Positions 36,521-48,453 of a stretch of DNA of 64,000 nucleotides are shown piece by piece (the stretch's first letter is position 1; every line of letters starts with the position of its first letter). The stretch is from Camelus ferus (Eukaryota), in contig NC_045725.1 in assembly GCF_009834535.1 (NCBI RefSeq), positions 15,748,001 through 15,812,000 of the forward strand. Reading direction: 5' to 3'. Both the position numbers and the translations under genes were made by a program. Below the pieces are notes generated by a model that was given only the letters and a program-made list of their open reading frames with translations, was not told where the DNA came from and did no database searches.

Positions 36521-38317
36521 AGCAGCCGGTGTTCGGGCCGTGGAGGAAGCAGGAGAAAATGAATATTGGCTCCATGCTGCTTCCATGGATGAGCAGGCGT
36601 GTGGGCCCACACTGGCCATTCCAGGCCTTGTCTGGGAGTCGCTTTGGTAACCAAGAATGTGTTAAAGAAGCTTGTCAGGCCTGCCCTCACCTCTTCCCAT
36701 GCCCTACCAGCTGGGCCAGCCAGGGCCAGGGCCCCCATCCAGACCGCTCTCGTCTCGCTCCAGGAGCAGAGGTAGCAAAGACGCTGGACAGGCCAAGATG
36801 TTTGATTTCCGAGGCCTTCGGAGCCAGCCGGGTGGAAGGCAGCCAGGGAGGCAGCAGCTGGTGACAGGCTGCCTTACTGCTTAGATAGCAGGCAGCTACT
36901 CAGGGGAACAATTGGGCAGAAAGTAGGGTGGCGGGTCAGGGAACACGGGCCAGCGGAATTCTGAACAAGGTCAAAGTCCAATTTGGTACAGTGCTTTATT
37001 ACCAATTTAAATCTCGTCTTTCCTCCCAGGGCGGCTGCCACAAGGGAAATTTGCATTTCAAGACTCCAAGTGCCAGGCACCCTGGCAGGGCTGCAGCCAG
37101 GCCTGCAGGGCCTGTATGTTCATCTCAATGTCTAGAGGTCATATGCTAAATACTCACATGCTGAAAACGCTCCTGTTTTGCCCATATTTGGGTGTCTGCT
37201 TACTTGGGAGGAGGAAAAAGATCCTAAACTCTTCTTACTTCTTCCAATTTGGGGGAGGATCCTGGAGTAAGCAGAGTGGGAGGTGGTGGGGTCTGGAAGC
37301 TAGTGATCATCTTTTTCTTTCTTTTTTTTTTTAATGAATTACAACTTTATTTTTTTACTCTTAAAGGCTGATTAAAAACCCTTAGTAATCCTATTAAAGA
37401 AAATCCAACACAACATCTCAATTGAAAAACATGGTAAGCGTATTTACTCATGTTCTAAAATAAGTTCTACTTTTCTAAAACACAACTTGGAAACATCCAG
37501 CATGCATGTTTAATCTCAGTATAATGATTTCAAAACCAAGTAAACATGTTACATGCATCAAGGCTAGATTACAGATAACCGAAGTCATCATCATCATCGT
37601 CACGTTTCCTTTTCAATGCTTTTGGTGATTCATTGGCAGTATTTTGTGATGGTGCCGTGTTAGTGGTAGCAAGAATATTTTGGACCCAATTAATGATGGA
37701 TTAATTAGAACATTCTGAACTGTTGATGTTACAGGAATTGATGCTTTCACAGCTGGGGATTGTGAGTGGGTGTCTGCACTGTAAACCTTTGCCCTGTGAA
37801 GGACACAGGAGTCCCTAGTTTAGTTGAAACAGACATAGTTTGTGGGGTTGATGTGCCGAGTGTGGGAGTACTTGGCCTGCTAGTAACTGAAGGGACTCTT
37901 CTCTGCGGAACTGTTAACTCTTCCCGCAGAAGTACGTGCCTTTCTTTGTAGACTTAAGTCTATAATTTGGAGCAGTCAAGCAATGTCTATCAGATGGCAA
38001 TCTAGGGCCTGAATAGGCTTTATCAATGGCAAAGGAGTTTGATTTCTTTGCCTTACAATGTCTAATAAAAAAAATCTCTTGGAGGAGGAGAAGTAAAAGA
38101 CTGATCAGCACAGCACTGGATTGCTGACCTGAATTCATTTTTGCATCATCTAGGATTGTGGTCACGTATCGGAAGGCAAACTCCAACATATGATTTGTAA
38201 CTCTTGGCTCATATTCTGTAATCTCCATATCCTTCAGGATTTGTGCCATCATCTGTGCATCTTTTGGCATGCTCTTGGGAGAAACCATCTTGCCAGACTC
38301 CATGGTATCTAGTGATC

Positions 38318-38554
38318 AGACTTCGTGGGCTAAATCACCTACCTTAACGTATTTCAGCGCTGATCTTTTTTTTTTTTTTCCCTTGGAGGAGGCACTGGGG
38401 ATTGAACCCAGGACCTTATGCATGTTAAGCATGCGCTCTACCACTTGGGCCGTACCGTCCCCACCCCCAGTCCTGATCTTGATGCAAGTTCTTTGCCTAG
38501 CGTGGTTTTTCGAACCCCTGATGTATCAGTAAGCTGAATGTTCAGAAGCAACAT
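38318..38554 (-). pseudogene. AK6: AK6 (CINAP) N-terminal coding remnant forming the 5' leader of the TAF9 retrocopy, split by a SINE
   Basis: From ATG at 38554, with the SINE and one TSD copy removed, the minus strand reads [40 protein letters not shown]. This matches recalled AK6 [40 protein letters not shown]. The sequence then runs directly into tctgatcactagatacc-ATG of TAF9. Confidence 0.92.
38368..38468 (-). mobile_element. tRNA(Ala)-derived SINE inserted into the AK6/TAF9 retrocopy
   Basis: Head GGTACGGCCCAAGTGGTAGAGCGCATGCTTAACATGCATAAGGTCCTGGGTTCAATCCCC plus poly-A; TSD ag(cg/tc)ctgatctt at 38356-38367 and 38469-38480. Confidence 0.94.
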
Positions 38555-39869
38555 GGTTCTCACTGTGTTCAGTCAGGATGCCAATCATATGTTTTTCTTG
38601 CCTGGGGCTGGAAGAAAGTCCTAAGGGAACGGCAGTCAATAGGTAGCAGGGATATTTAAGGGGCTAAACTGGAATATGGGTCGGGGGAGAGATGTGGAAT
38701 GTGGCCAATAGAAGCAGGCAAGAGTCTGGGTTACAAAGAGGGTCCAGCAAGTGGATTCTGTAGCAGTGGTGGGTTGATTTATCCCAGGCCCATAATTCAA
38801 TTTGAAAGAAGGCTCCTCTTCATGCCTCTCTCCTTGGGACTGTTGGTTCTCAGTCTTCTTCATCTGGGGAGCTTTAGGAAATATGAATGCATGATTACAA
38901 ATGCCCCAGAGATTCTGATGTAGCAAATCCATGATGTTTCTCCTTCCCCATCAGTCCCACCACCTCTGCTGCCATTACCCTGAGGGAAAGGGATGGAAAA
39001 GCCCCCCTCACTTCCATGCGTCGGTCTTTTCATGACTCCTTTACTGTTAAATCAACACACACTTATGCATTTCTACCTGTTGGTGAAAACTTAGCCACAC
39101 AGCTTAAAGTCTAGGTGCCTTGGTGTTTGCTTTCAGGACAGAACTGTCTGTGAGAAGAGGAAGCACATGGTGCAATGTGTTCTTGACATCAGGGTTCACA
39201 GGGACAGTGACCTTCTCAGAATGAGACTCGGTTGTTGGTGCCCTCAAAGGCAGAGCCTGTCGCAATCCTTTGGCTGCTTGTTTGGCTGGGACATTAGGTG
39301 CCGGTTACCCAACAGCCTGTGCCTGGGAGCCCCTCATGTAGTCCTTTACACACACACACACACACCCCTCCCTGAGGCACCTGAATGTACATTCTGTGTA
39401 TCCTGCAGCCATGCTGATGGCCAAGCAGGCCTGGCTGGCCTAGACTCCATCTGAGCACTCCTGGGACCCGGGGGTGCCCGAGATTGCACTGTGGACCTTG
39501 GGGCTTCCTCATCCTCGCTTTTCAGCTGGCAAAGCTGGCAATGGAGAGCAGAGGTCGATGTGCCAGGGACTCCCTGCTGTCTTGAGTGGCAGGAACAAGG
39601 AAGGCTGGAACTCAGCTGTGCAAGAGCACACGGGCCCCTTAGGCCTCCCCATCATGCTTGGGAAGCTGAGGGCTCCCGTGGGCTCCGGTGAATCTCCGTA
39701 GCTGACAGGCACTCTGGGAGGGAAGTTACTCGGGGATGGGCACTAGATAAGTGGGCCACATACAATCTTTGCTGGGACACATTCCTCACATTAAAAAGCC
39801 CAGCCACACCGGCCCCATCGACTGCTCACTTTGGAAGTGGCAGGAGTTTGGTGGGCACATTAGGGCCCC

Positions 39870-40270
39870 CTAGATCAAAAGTCCTCTGCAGCTCTGGGTT
39901 CCCACAGCCCAAAGCCCAGGGTCTTTGGGTACCATGCAGGACACTTTATCATCCACCTCCAGTTGTCCCATCTAGCCTCATCTGCCTCTGTTCTCTCTTG
40001 GTTCTTAGTAGACTGACCCACTCTCTGCCCACCTCACCTCCAGCTCACCTGGATGTTCCACAGGCCATCAGTCCCAGGTGCCAATCAAGCCACAGCTATG
40101 GAACACCTGCTTCCTCCCTCAATACCTATCAAATCCTACCAGGCCATCTAGGACCAGTTCTGGGAGACCTTCCTCGACTGAAGGTTATTTCTCTGCACTT
40201 CCCAAGGTTGGTGCCGTGTCCCTGATGCTTAGCTCAGTATGAGGAATGAGTTCAATGAGGTTTAGTTGAG
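39870..40270 (+). mobile_element. L2 3' fragment
   Basis: cacacctgcttcctccctcaatacc-like segment ending gtgtccctgatgcttagctcag..ttcaatgaggtttagttgagtaaa. Confidence 0.45.
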
Positions 40271-40764
40271 TAAACAAGTATGTGGATGATCTATGTCATA
40301 ACTCGGTACTCGACCTTGACTGTGTTTTTTTCATGGACATACATCATCAAGCTAACTTATGAGCTTATGCAAGGCACAGACCCTGCATTTCACTCCTTTC
40401 TGCACCTCACAGCACACAGCCCATAACCTTGTACATGGAGGTGTTCAGAGACAGATGCGTTTTGATAATGAGGGGGAGAGACATTAAAAGTGGGATCCTT
40501 ACTGTTCCATAATTTGTACCATATGGTCCAGCCAAGCCCGTTTCATCACTATCCCTGCCATCTGAGCTGTCACATATTCTCTTCTTCAGTCCCTTCCTTT
40601 GTCCCCACCCCACCCCGATCCCTACTTGCTGTTCTCAAGGTGAAATTGAACCCCACTTCATCCATAAGACCCACCTCTAGATCTCATATAACTGGGAAGC
40701 TTCTCAGTTCACCAACTCAGGTATGCAGGTAATAGAATAGTTCTTTATTTTCTATAAAACATCT

Positions 40765-41182
40765 TACAATGGTTAATTTTATGTGTCAGCTTGACTGACC
40801 TAAGGGATGCTCAGATAGCTGGTAAAATATTATTTCTGGGTGTGTCTGTGAGGGTGGCTCTAGAAGACATTAGCATTTAAATCAACAGATCGAGAAAAGA
40901 AGATCACCCTCATCAGTGCAGGTGGGCATCATACAATCCACCGAGGGCGTGGCTAGAGCAAAGGTGGAGGAAGAACAAATTCACTTTCTTCTTAAGCTGA
41001 GACACCCATCTTCTCCTGTCCTTGGACAGTGATACTGCTTGTTCTTTGGCTTTCGGGTTTGAACTGAATTATACAACCAACTTTGGTGGTTCTCCAGCTT
41101 ACAGACACAGCAGATCCTGGGGCTTCTTGGATGCCATAATTGTGTGAGCCAACTCTTATAACAAATCAGTCTGTCTGTCTGC

Positions 41183-41224
<42 letters not shown>

Positions 41225-41270
41225 GTCATCTCCTACTGGTTCTATTTTTCTGGGGAACCCTACCAATACA
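40765..41270 (+). mobile_element. ERVL MLT2-like solo LTR containing a (TCTA)n microsatellite
   Basis: ggttaattttatgtgtcagcttgactg..attatttctgggtgtgtctgtgagggtg..ggttctatttttctggggaaccctaccaataca. Confidence 0.9.
41170..41224. repeat. (TCTG)n(CTAT)n tetranucleotide microsatellite
   Basis: Direct read. Confidence 0.97.
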
Positions 41271-42503
41271 CAGTTTAATGTTGACTTCACATCCCCATCC
41301 CACTGGGATGTCAGGAAATTCAACCCAAATCTTTCTTTGGTCCCTACCTGATCCCCCACTGGGTTGGGTAAAGGCTCCAGGCCCCTCTTGCTGTGAGTCT
41401 ATGTTAATTACAGGGGAGATGCCCCCTGCCCCAGGTGTGATCCCTGCAGTCTCCTGCTTTGCACCTTGTGGATCACCTTTGGGTCACGGGCTCCTGTGGT
41501 GAGCCCCAAGCCCAGGATGCCCCAGGCCAGTGTTCCTTCTGAGGGTCTCCCAGTTTGAGGTGCCTTCAAGGAGCAGGTTGCAAGTTCCTATTGATCTTGT
41601 GACCCATAGACCCCACCCCACCCCTGATTTTAGTCTAGGAAATATTCCTCTTCTCAAACCCTATTCTCCAATTGAGCTTAGATCTTGGAAAGCCAGGAAG
41701 CCCCTGCAAAATTCTCCCAGGCAAGGAAACTATAAACTGTGACCTATGAGAGCTGGGTAAAGCAAGGAGGAAACAAGAGGGGAGCACTATTATTTCAAAA
41801 AATGCCTTTGTCTCCTGTCCCTTCTCTTAGCTCCATTTATATCATATGCTACTTTTTTAGTATTCTTCACTTTTTAAGTGCAATACTCTTGTCTCTCTAA
41901 TGAAATTGTAAATTCCATGAGGCCCATTTCCTGCTTTATAATGTGTATTTCCTCCTCCTTAGCAACTTGCGCAGAGCTAAGCGTGCAAAAGGTAAGTGAT
42001 AGAGCATGTTGACTGATTCTTCTCTTTCCAAAGTTCATCCGAGAATGACTGTCTCTGCTCCCTCTTCTCGGAAAGCTGGAAATGCTAGTCTCTTGCCTGG
42101 GTGGCCCTTGATGCTTTCTGTCCCCAAGAAAACGTCAGTTCTGTTCACATAGGCTGCTTCCATCCCCCAAGCTCTTCCTGCTGTGTGGTCCCCTCCCACA
42201 GCCCCCACTCTGCTTGCTTTGGTCTGCAGCTGGGGAAGGCAGCCCACAGCAAAGGGACACACTCCCTTTTTCCTGGCTGGGATCTGACTAGAGCAGAGCA
42301 GAGCCATGCCACTCCCAGTCCCTTGTGTGATAGGGAGGCTGTGGGTCTTTTGGAGAGAGTTTTGAAATTTCCTTTCCCTTTCTCTCCTGGTGGGACTGAG
42401 AAATTGATAAGGAGTCTGGAGGAGAGAGAATCCAGCAAAGGAAAGGTCTGCAGTCGAAGCCAGTCTTGCGCTAGTTCTTCCCTTGAGCTCTTCCATCCCT
42501 TCC

Positions 42504-42639
42504 NNNNNNNNNNNNNNNNNNNNNNNNNNNNNNNNNNNNNNNNNNNNNNNNNNNNNNNNNNNNNNNNNNNNNNNNNNNNNNNNNNNNNNNNNNNNNNNNN
42601 NNNNNNNNNNNNNNNNNNNNNNNNNNNNNNNNNNNNNNN
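42504..42639. other. Assembly gap (N)
   Basis: N run. Confidence 1.
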
Positions 42640-42999
42640 CTCATCTCTAACCAGTCAACTCAGGTAATCAATGTTAATAGATTAGTGTCTCTCCTTCCAC
42701 AACTTTCTCTATATGCATACAATCATACATACTCTTCTGTAGGTTAACTTATGATTGTTTATTTTTTAAAAATAGGACCAATCTATATATACTTTCCTGC
42801 ATCATGCTGTTCTTATTTAACAATATAGTATGAAAATCCTTCCAAGTTAACTGGCATAAATATAATGCATTTTTAAATGGCTAAATACTGTTTCTTGGAA
42901 TGGCTCTCCCACCATTTATTCAACAGATTCTTATCGATGAGGCATCAGACTATTTTTTGTTTTATGTAATATAAACAGACTTCTGTCCTGGTGCTTTTT

Positions 43000-43144
43000 T
43001 GGTTTCGTTTGTTTTTTGTTTTATGAGGGGTAGGAAATTAGGTTTATTAATTTATTCCTATTGGGAGGAGGTACTGGGGATTGAACCCAGGACCTCGTGC
43101 ATGCTGAGCAAGCACTCTACCACTTAAGCTATACACCCCCTCCT
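43000..43144 (-). mobile_element. tRNA(Ala)-derived SINE
   Basis: Canonical head; TSD ct(g/a)tcctggtgcttttt at 42983-42999 and 43145-43161. Confidence 0.94.
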
Positions 43145-43839
43145 CTATCCTGGTGCTTTTTAATTCCATGGAATAGGTTCCTAGACCTGAGATTTCTGAG
43201 TTGAAGGAAATGTGTAAAGTTATGATTTAGATACAGGAATATCTACCCAATTTAGTGTAGAGTTCTGCAGATTTGGATAGATGCAGACAGTTGTCCTAAC
43301 CAGCACCACAGTCAAGATAAAGAACAGTGCAATAGCCCCCAGCAAATTCCCTCATGCATTTTTTGTAGTCAGCTTCTCCATCAGTTTCTATGCTGGCAGT
43401 CACTGATCTCTTCTCTGTTTCTATCATTTTGCCTTTTCCAGATTGTCATTTAAATGGAACCACAAGAGTAGCCTTCACTGCATCTGGCTTCTTTCACTTA
43501 GCTTTTGAGATTCAGCCATGTTGTTGTGCATATCAGTAGTTTGTTCCTTTTTATGTTTGAGTGGTATTCTCTTAAATGGAATTATTTATCCATCCCCCAG
43601 CTGAGAGATATTTGGGTTGTTTTCATTTTTTTGGAAATTATTATTAAAGATACTATAAACATTCATGTCAAGGTATTTATGTGGGTATATGTTTTCATTT
43701 CTCTTGGCTAAATTTCCAGAAGCAGGATTGTAGGTTATATGGCTTGTATATTTAACCTTCTGTATTTTGCAAATATTTTCTCCCATTCTGTAGTCTGTCT
43801 TTTCATTCTGTTGAGTGTTTTCTGAAGAATAGACATTTT

Positions 43840-44020
43840 NNNNNNNNNNNNNNNNNNNNNNNNNNNNNNNNNNNNNNNNNNNNNNNNNNNNNNNNNNNNN
43901 NNNNNNNNNNNNNNNNNNNNNNNNNNNNNNNNNNNNNNNNNNNNNNNNNNNNNNNNNNNNNNNNNNNNNNNNNNNNNNNNNNNNNNNNNNNNNNNNNNNN
44001 NNNNNNNNNNNNNNNNNNNN
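43840..44020. other. Assembly gap (N)
   Basis: N run. Confidence 1.
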
Positions 44021-44430
44021 CATTCTAAGTGAAGTAAGCCAGAAAGAGAAAGAAAAATACCATATGAGATCGCTCATATGTGGAATCTAAAAAACAAAAA
44101 CAAAAACAAAAACAAACAAACAAACAAAAACAAAGCATAAATAAAGGACAGAAATAGACTCACTGACAGAGAATACAGACTTGTGGTTACCAGGGGGGTG
44201 GAGGGTGGGAAGGGATAGACTGGGATTTCAAAATTGTAGAATAGACTACACTGTATATAGCACAGGGAAATATACACAAAATGTTATGATAACTCACAGA
44301 GAAAAAAATGTGACAATGAGTGTGTATATGTCCATGAATAACTGAAAAATTGTGCTGAACACTGGAATTTGACACAACATTGTAAAATGATTATAAATCA
44401 ATAAAAAGTGTTAAAAAAATAAAAATAAAA
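44021..44430 (+). mobile_element. Young L1 3' end (5' part hidden in gap 43840-44020), inserted into an older L1
   Basis: Reverse complement of the 13774-14200 element (cattctaagtgaagtaagccagaaagagaaagaaaaataccatatgagatc...tgacacaacattgtaaaatga) with an A-rich tail. Confidence 0.93.
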
Positions 44431-46065
44431 TGTTATAAGGTATAATTTATCAATTTTTAATTTTATGGGTCATGATTTTGGTATAGTATCTAAGAAATCT
44501 TTCCTAACCCAAAGTCACAAAGATTTTCTCCCTATGTCTTCTATCTTTTATAATTTTAGTTTACAGTTTCAAGATTTATGTTTAGGTCTATGACTCACTT
44601 TTTAAGTTAATTTTTGAATAAGGTGAGAGGTAGGGGTTGGGGTTAATTTTTCTGCATAGTATGTTCAAGTTAAAGGATTATTTATCCTTTCTCATTGACA
44701 TGCCTTTGCACCCTTGTCAAAAATCAACCAACCATATCAGTCTGGGTCTATTTCTGGACTTTCTATTTTATTTGATTGATCTATATATTCTCCCTTTCTC
44801 CAATACTAGGTAGGCATATTTTTAATTTTAATAAATGTATTTTTTGTATTTAATAAATATATTGCTAGATTGCTTTCCAAACAGGCTGTCCAGTTTATTT
44901 TTTCAACAGCAGTGTATCCTGCAGTGTTTCTTGCATATTTACTAGCAAACGGTATTATCCTACTTTATTTTTTGTTGGTCTCCCAAGTTATAAGTGATTT
45001 CTCAGCATTACTTCAATTCTAATTATTTTCTCTTGATTAGTTCTCTGTACTATACTGGGGAAGGGAGGGGTAGGAGGAGAGGGCAGAAGTGGAAATGAGC
45101 TCACTAACGTAAGCTATGATTCAGAATTTCAGGTAGGTATTTTTTTGTATGTTAAAAAACTAATATTTTATTGTGGTAAAACATATACATGTTTATATGT
45201 ACATTATGTGTGTGTGTATATATGTATATGTATATATAAAAGGAGTTCTTCCCTTGAGCTGGGAAGATGTGTGGGTCACGTCCAGGCTGGTTGGCTAGTG
45301 GCCTGAATTTAGCCTGGCTAATCTGGGTTTGCTTTTTCTTCCCTGGAGATATGCCCCCTCCCCCCACCCTCTTTATTTCCCCAAGACCCTGAACCAGGAG
45401 AGACCCAGGAACAAGCAAGGAGAAGCAAGCCTCAGATACCAAGGCTGTGGACAGGATGACAGAGTGAACTGAGGCAGCCTCCCTTCAACCAGTTGCTTGC
45501 TCACGTGGTTGGTGAGGACCAGACCCCCTGGCGGGCTTCGTTTGGCTATGGTTCCGTCATTCACATTGCCCTCTGTGTCTGGGCTGGAGCTGTGCTGGTG
45601 GGAGCCGTCAGCTCCCTGTGCTGGGCCTGGGCCTGGAAAATGTCAGGCTGTGGCCGACTGTACGTAAACAACCAGTCACTCCTGGGCTAAGGACAGTTTT
45701 CCACTCGCCTTGCTCCAGATTTCCAGAGCCTGCGTCTGTCTGTGTTTATGTCTCGGCCCTGTGAGGGGAAGTCTCCTTCCTCGAGAGGCCTGTCCTTGGG
45801 GCCAGAACCTGTGGTGACCTACTCCCCACAAAATGAGGGGCTGGGCAGTCACACCTGAGCCCTCCAGAACACATTCCGACCCTTTTGAGGGGAAGCAGCC
45901 AGGATCTGTGCCCCCTGAGGCTAGAGCAGTGCTGTGTGGGGGCCAACACTATGGGGCCCAGTGGGTGATGTGATTCAAAGGAGGCAAGTCCTGCTCCCCC
46001 AAAACATCTGCCCTTCCCTGTGTTGCTCCCATTTCTACCGAGATGTGACTCAGACTAAAAAGTTA

Positions 46066-46245
46066 TAGGAGGTGGAGGATATCGCTCAGTAATAGAGTGC
46101 CTGCTTAACACGCACGAGGTCCTGGGTTCAATCCCCAGCACCTACGTTAAAATAATAATAATAATAATTAATAATTAATAAATAAATAATAAATAAAACT
46201 GATTACCTTCCCTCACCAAAAACCAAACAAAATTTTAATAAATAC
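46066..46245 (+). mobile_element. tRNA(Ala)-derived SINE with (TAA)n expansion
   Basis: ggatatcgctcagtaatagagtgcctgcttaacacgcacgaggtcctgggttcaatccccagc then (taa)n and a ctgattaccttccc tail motif. Confidence 0.92.
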
Positions 46246-47323
46246 ATTTTTAATGTTTTTTTTAAGTTATAGTAATAGGAATGATGACATTTCTTGTCTG
46301 AATTGTGCCTTCCAGGTTTCACTAGCTCCTTTAGTCTCCATGTCAGCTTCACAGTAGCTGGGCCAGGAATTGTTTCTACTCTTTCATGGATGGGAGGGAT
46401 GGGACACTGGGAGGTTCAAGGAGAGGAAGCAGGCTCGGACCGGAATCAGTTGGCCTGGTTCCCACCCTCATTCTGTTACTGTCACTGTCCAGGAGAACAA
46501 ATGACTCCTTCCTTGAACTTAGTTTCCTGATTCAAATGTATTTTGTAATTTATAAAATTATTTTTCATTTCCATCTGACATATCAGTGAAAGGCAGGTGT
46601 TTATGGTCTGACATGAAGGGTCTCCAAGATAAGGTGCTAAGTGCAAAGTGAACATGTGGAGTGTGGGTACGATCTGCTGCTATTTGAGTTTTTATAAAAA
46701 ATGGCCGTATATCCACACGCATGTTTGGTTGTGTGTGTGCATCAGTGTCACTGGGAGCATAGACAGGCCACATCGTTGGCGGGGGCTGGGGTGGATAGAG
46801 GTGGAGGGTGGCAGGAGGGAGCACGTCAGGGGTGGCTGTCAGGTTGACTTTTCTATGTCTTTGTACCTTTTAATTTTCTACCAGGTATAAACAAAATTTT
46901 AAAATAAAAATATGTTGCAGGGCTTCAGCTTTTCTTTTGGAGCCGCTAGGGTGATGTAAATGCTATGAGACACTTCATGTGCATGACGCGCTTATCATTA
47001 TTATCTCGGGGCTTCCTTAAAAACTATGATCACCATTCGACTTGGCAACATCAAGTACTGAAAAATTGTGGGTTTAGGAATGGAGTAGACATGAGTTCAA
47101 CTTGGCTTCTGGTTTTCTCATCTAAAAAGTTAGAGGAGCCAGGGAGTAAGGGGGAGAACAGCTATGCTGAGTTATGTGAAATGAAATGAGAACGTGAAAA
47201 CCCAGGTGCAGCAGAGCATGCTGTCTGTTTTCCCTGCCCAGGACCTGTGCCGGCAGGGCTCTGGGGAAATGGAAGACTGTTCTGTGTTTCAAGTAACTTT
47301 TGACATCAAAGAAATTCTCTAGG

Positions 47324-47520
47324 GCAGCACTCTCCGATAGAAATATAATGCAAGTCACACATGAAATTTTAGGTCTAAAAAAGTACAAAGAAGCAGGTGA
47401 GGCTGAGCTTGATAATATATCTTAATGAACCCAATATATTTAAAATGTAATTTTAGCATGAAATCAGTATAGAGTTATTCCCGGGGTATTTTATGTTTAT
47501 TTTCATACTGAGTCTTGGAG
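47324..47520. mobile_element. MER33-like hAT-Charlie DNA transposon (partial)
   Basis: cagcactctccgatagaaatataatgcaagtcacacatg..aacccaatatat..ttttcatactgagtcttg matches the recalled MER33 consensus. Confidence 0.78.
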
Positions 47521-47959
47521 AGAGCAGCTGGAAGGTGGGGGCTCTTTGCCAGGGATGACTCGCTGGAGGGCTCCAGATAACCTGGGGACCTGGGGCTGGA
47601 GGAAGGTGGTGGAAGGAAAACTAGGTTTGCCCCTTCCAGGTTATGATTAGGTAACAAAAGCACAGAACATGCTTGAGTAAATAAACAGGGGACCGTACAC
47701 GATGCCCTTTGAGGCTAGCCTCCCATCCCCCCAAGCAAGGTCAAGTGCTTTCACTGCTGCAACAAAGTGGAAAGGGAACTGGATGGGAGGAGAGGACGCG
47801 GGGCAGGGAAAGGGCTGGGCACTGTCTCTTTGTGTGATTGCCCTGTTGCCTGCGCTCCTGGTCTCTCTTCCCTCCTCCTTAGTCTTTGTTGTGAGCTCTT
47901 CGTCTTCCCAAGCCCTAACTGTTGGTGCTCCTCTGGTCTGTCCTGAGTCTCCCCCTCTC

Positions 47960-48400
47960 TCCACGCTCTCATTCCCATGGTACCAGGTCCTTCCATGGGC
48001 TCACTCCAGCCCTGAGAGCTCCCCTGAACTTGAGTCTCCTGCATTGAGTCCAGAATCTTTTCAGCATCTCCACTTGGATCTCCCGTCTCCTTCCTCCCCC
48101 ATGGTCCTCCTCCCATGTGCCCTCTTTCACTTCCCTGAGTCAGAAACTTGAGAACAAAATATGACTTCTTTCCTTCTTCCCACTTCCAAATCACGACCAA
48201 ACCTTGTCAGTCCTGTCTCCCCAAAACCTACTGAATGTAGAGAGATAATTCTCTCTGAATTGCTGCAGACTTTGTTCTTCTGTGTCTGATTTTGCCCATG
48301 CCCAATCTGTGCTCCATCCTGCAGTCTGCATATCTTTCAAAAGCTTAAAATCTATACTATAACCTTTTTGCCAAAAGTACATCCGTCACAAGTGTCCCTG
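47960..48400 (+). mobile_element. L2 fragment
   Basis: ccagccctgagctctcccctgaac-like segment; cagcatctccacttggatctccc; ccctgagtcagaaacttgag. Confidence 0.5.
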
Positions 48401-48453
48401 GATGAAGTCCAGGGTCTGTGTCCCCTCATCACTCCACTTCCACCCTTGCCCGC

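Larger units (their letters stand above)
37311..38580 (-). pseudogene. TAF9: Processed pseudogene of the TAF9 mRNA, including the 5' exons shared with AK6; TAF9 CDS-equivalent 38303 down to 37569
   Basis: ORF 38303-37914 begins [55 protein letters not shown] (TAF9 histone fold), later [22 protein letters not shown]. The C-terminus in a shifted frame reads ..[28 protein letters not shown] (37571-37569). 3' UTR with AATAAA (37351-37346) and an A-rich tail (37332-37311). About 40-bp deletion and frameshifts. Confidence 0.97.
43190..45010 (-). mobile_element. Old L1M fragment split by the young + strand L1 (arms 43190-43839 and about 44430-45010)
   Basis: Antisense L1 motifs on both sides; the arms are collinear when compared with the homologous segment at 16330-16760 (gaagagcagatgttt..aatttatcaatt..cctaacccaaag..aagattttctc). 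Confidence 0.85.

Noticed and set aside
36391-36864. 157-aa ORF as a gene
   Set aside because: It starts within antisense L2 sequence and matches no protein I recognise.
8267-38580. Functional link between two transcription-cofactor retrocopies (Mediator and TFIID) 27 kb apart
   Set aside because: Both parents are broadly expressed, retrocopies of such genes are common, and co-location is adequately explained by chance.
37300-38600. Firm TSD for the TAF9 retrocopy
   Set aside because: Only a degenerate candidate (gatcat--ctttttctt versus aatcatatgtttttctt) is visible, so I do not assert it.
15687-44077. Long ORFs containing X runs (15687-16407, 24072-25140, 42101-42667, 43586-44077)
   Set aside because: They are artefacts of reading through N gaps.
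45493-45690. Short hydrophobic ORF resembling a membrane micropeptide
   Set aside because: It has a non-ATG start and 65 codons, with no homology or supporting exon structure.
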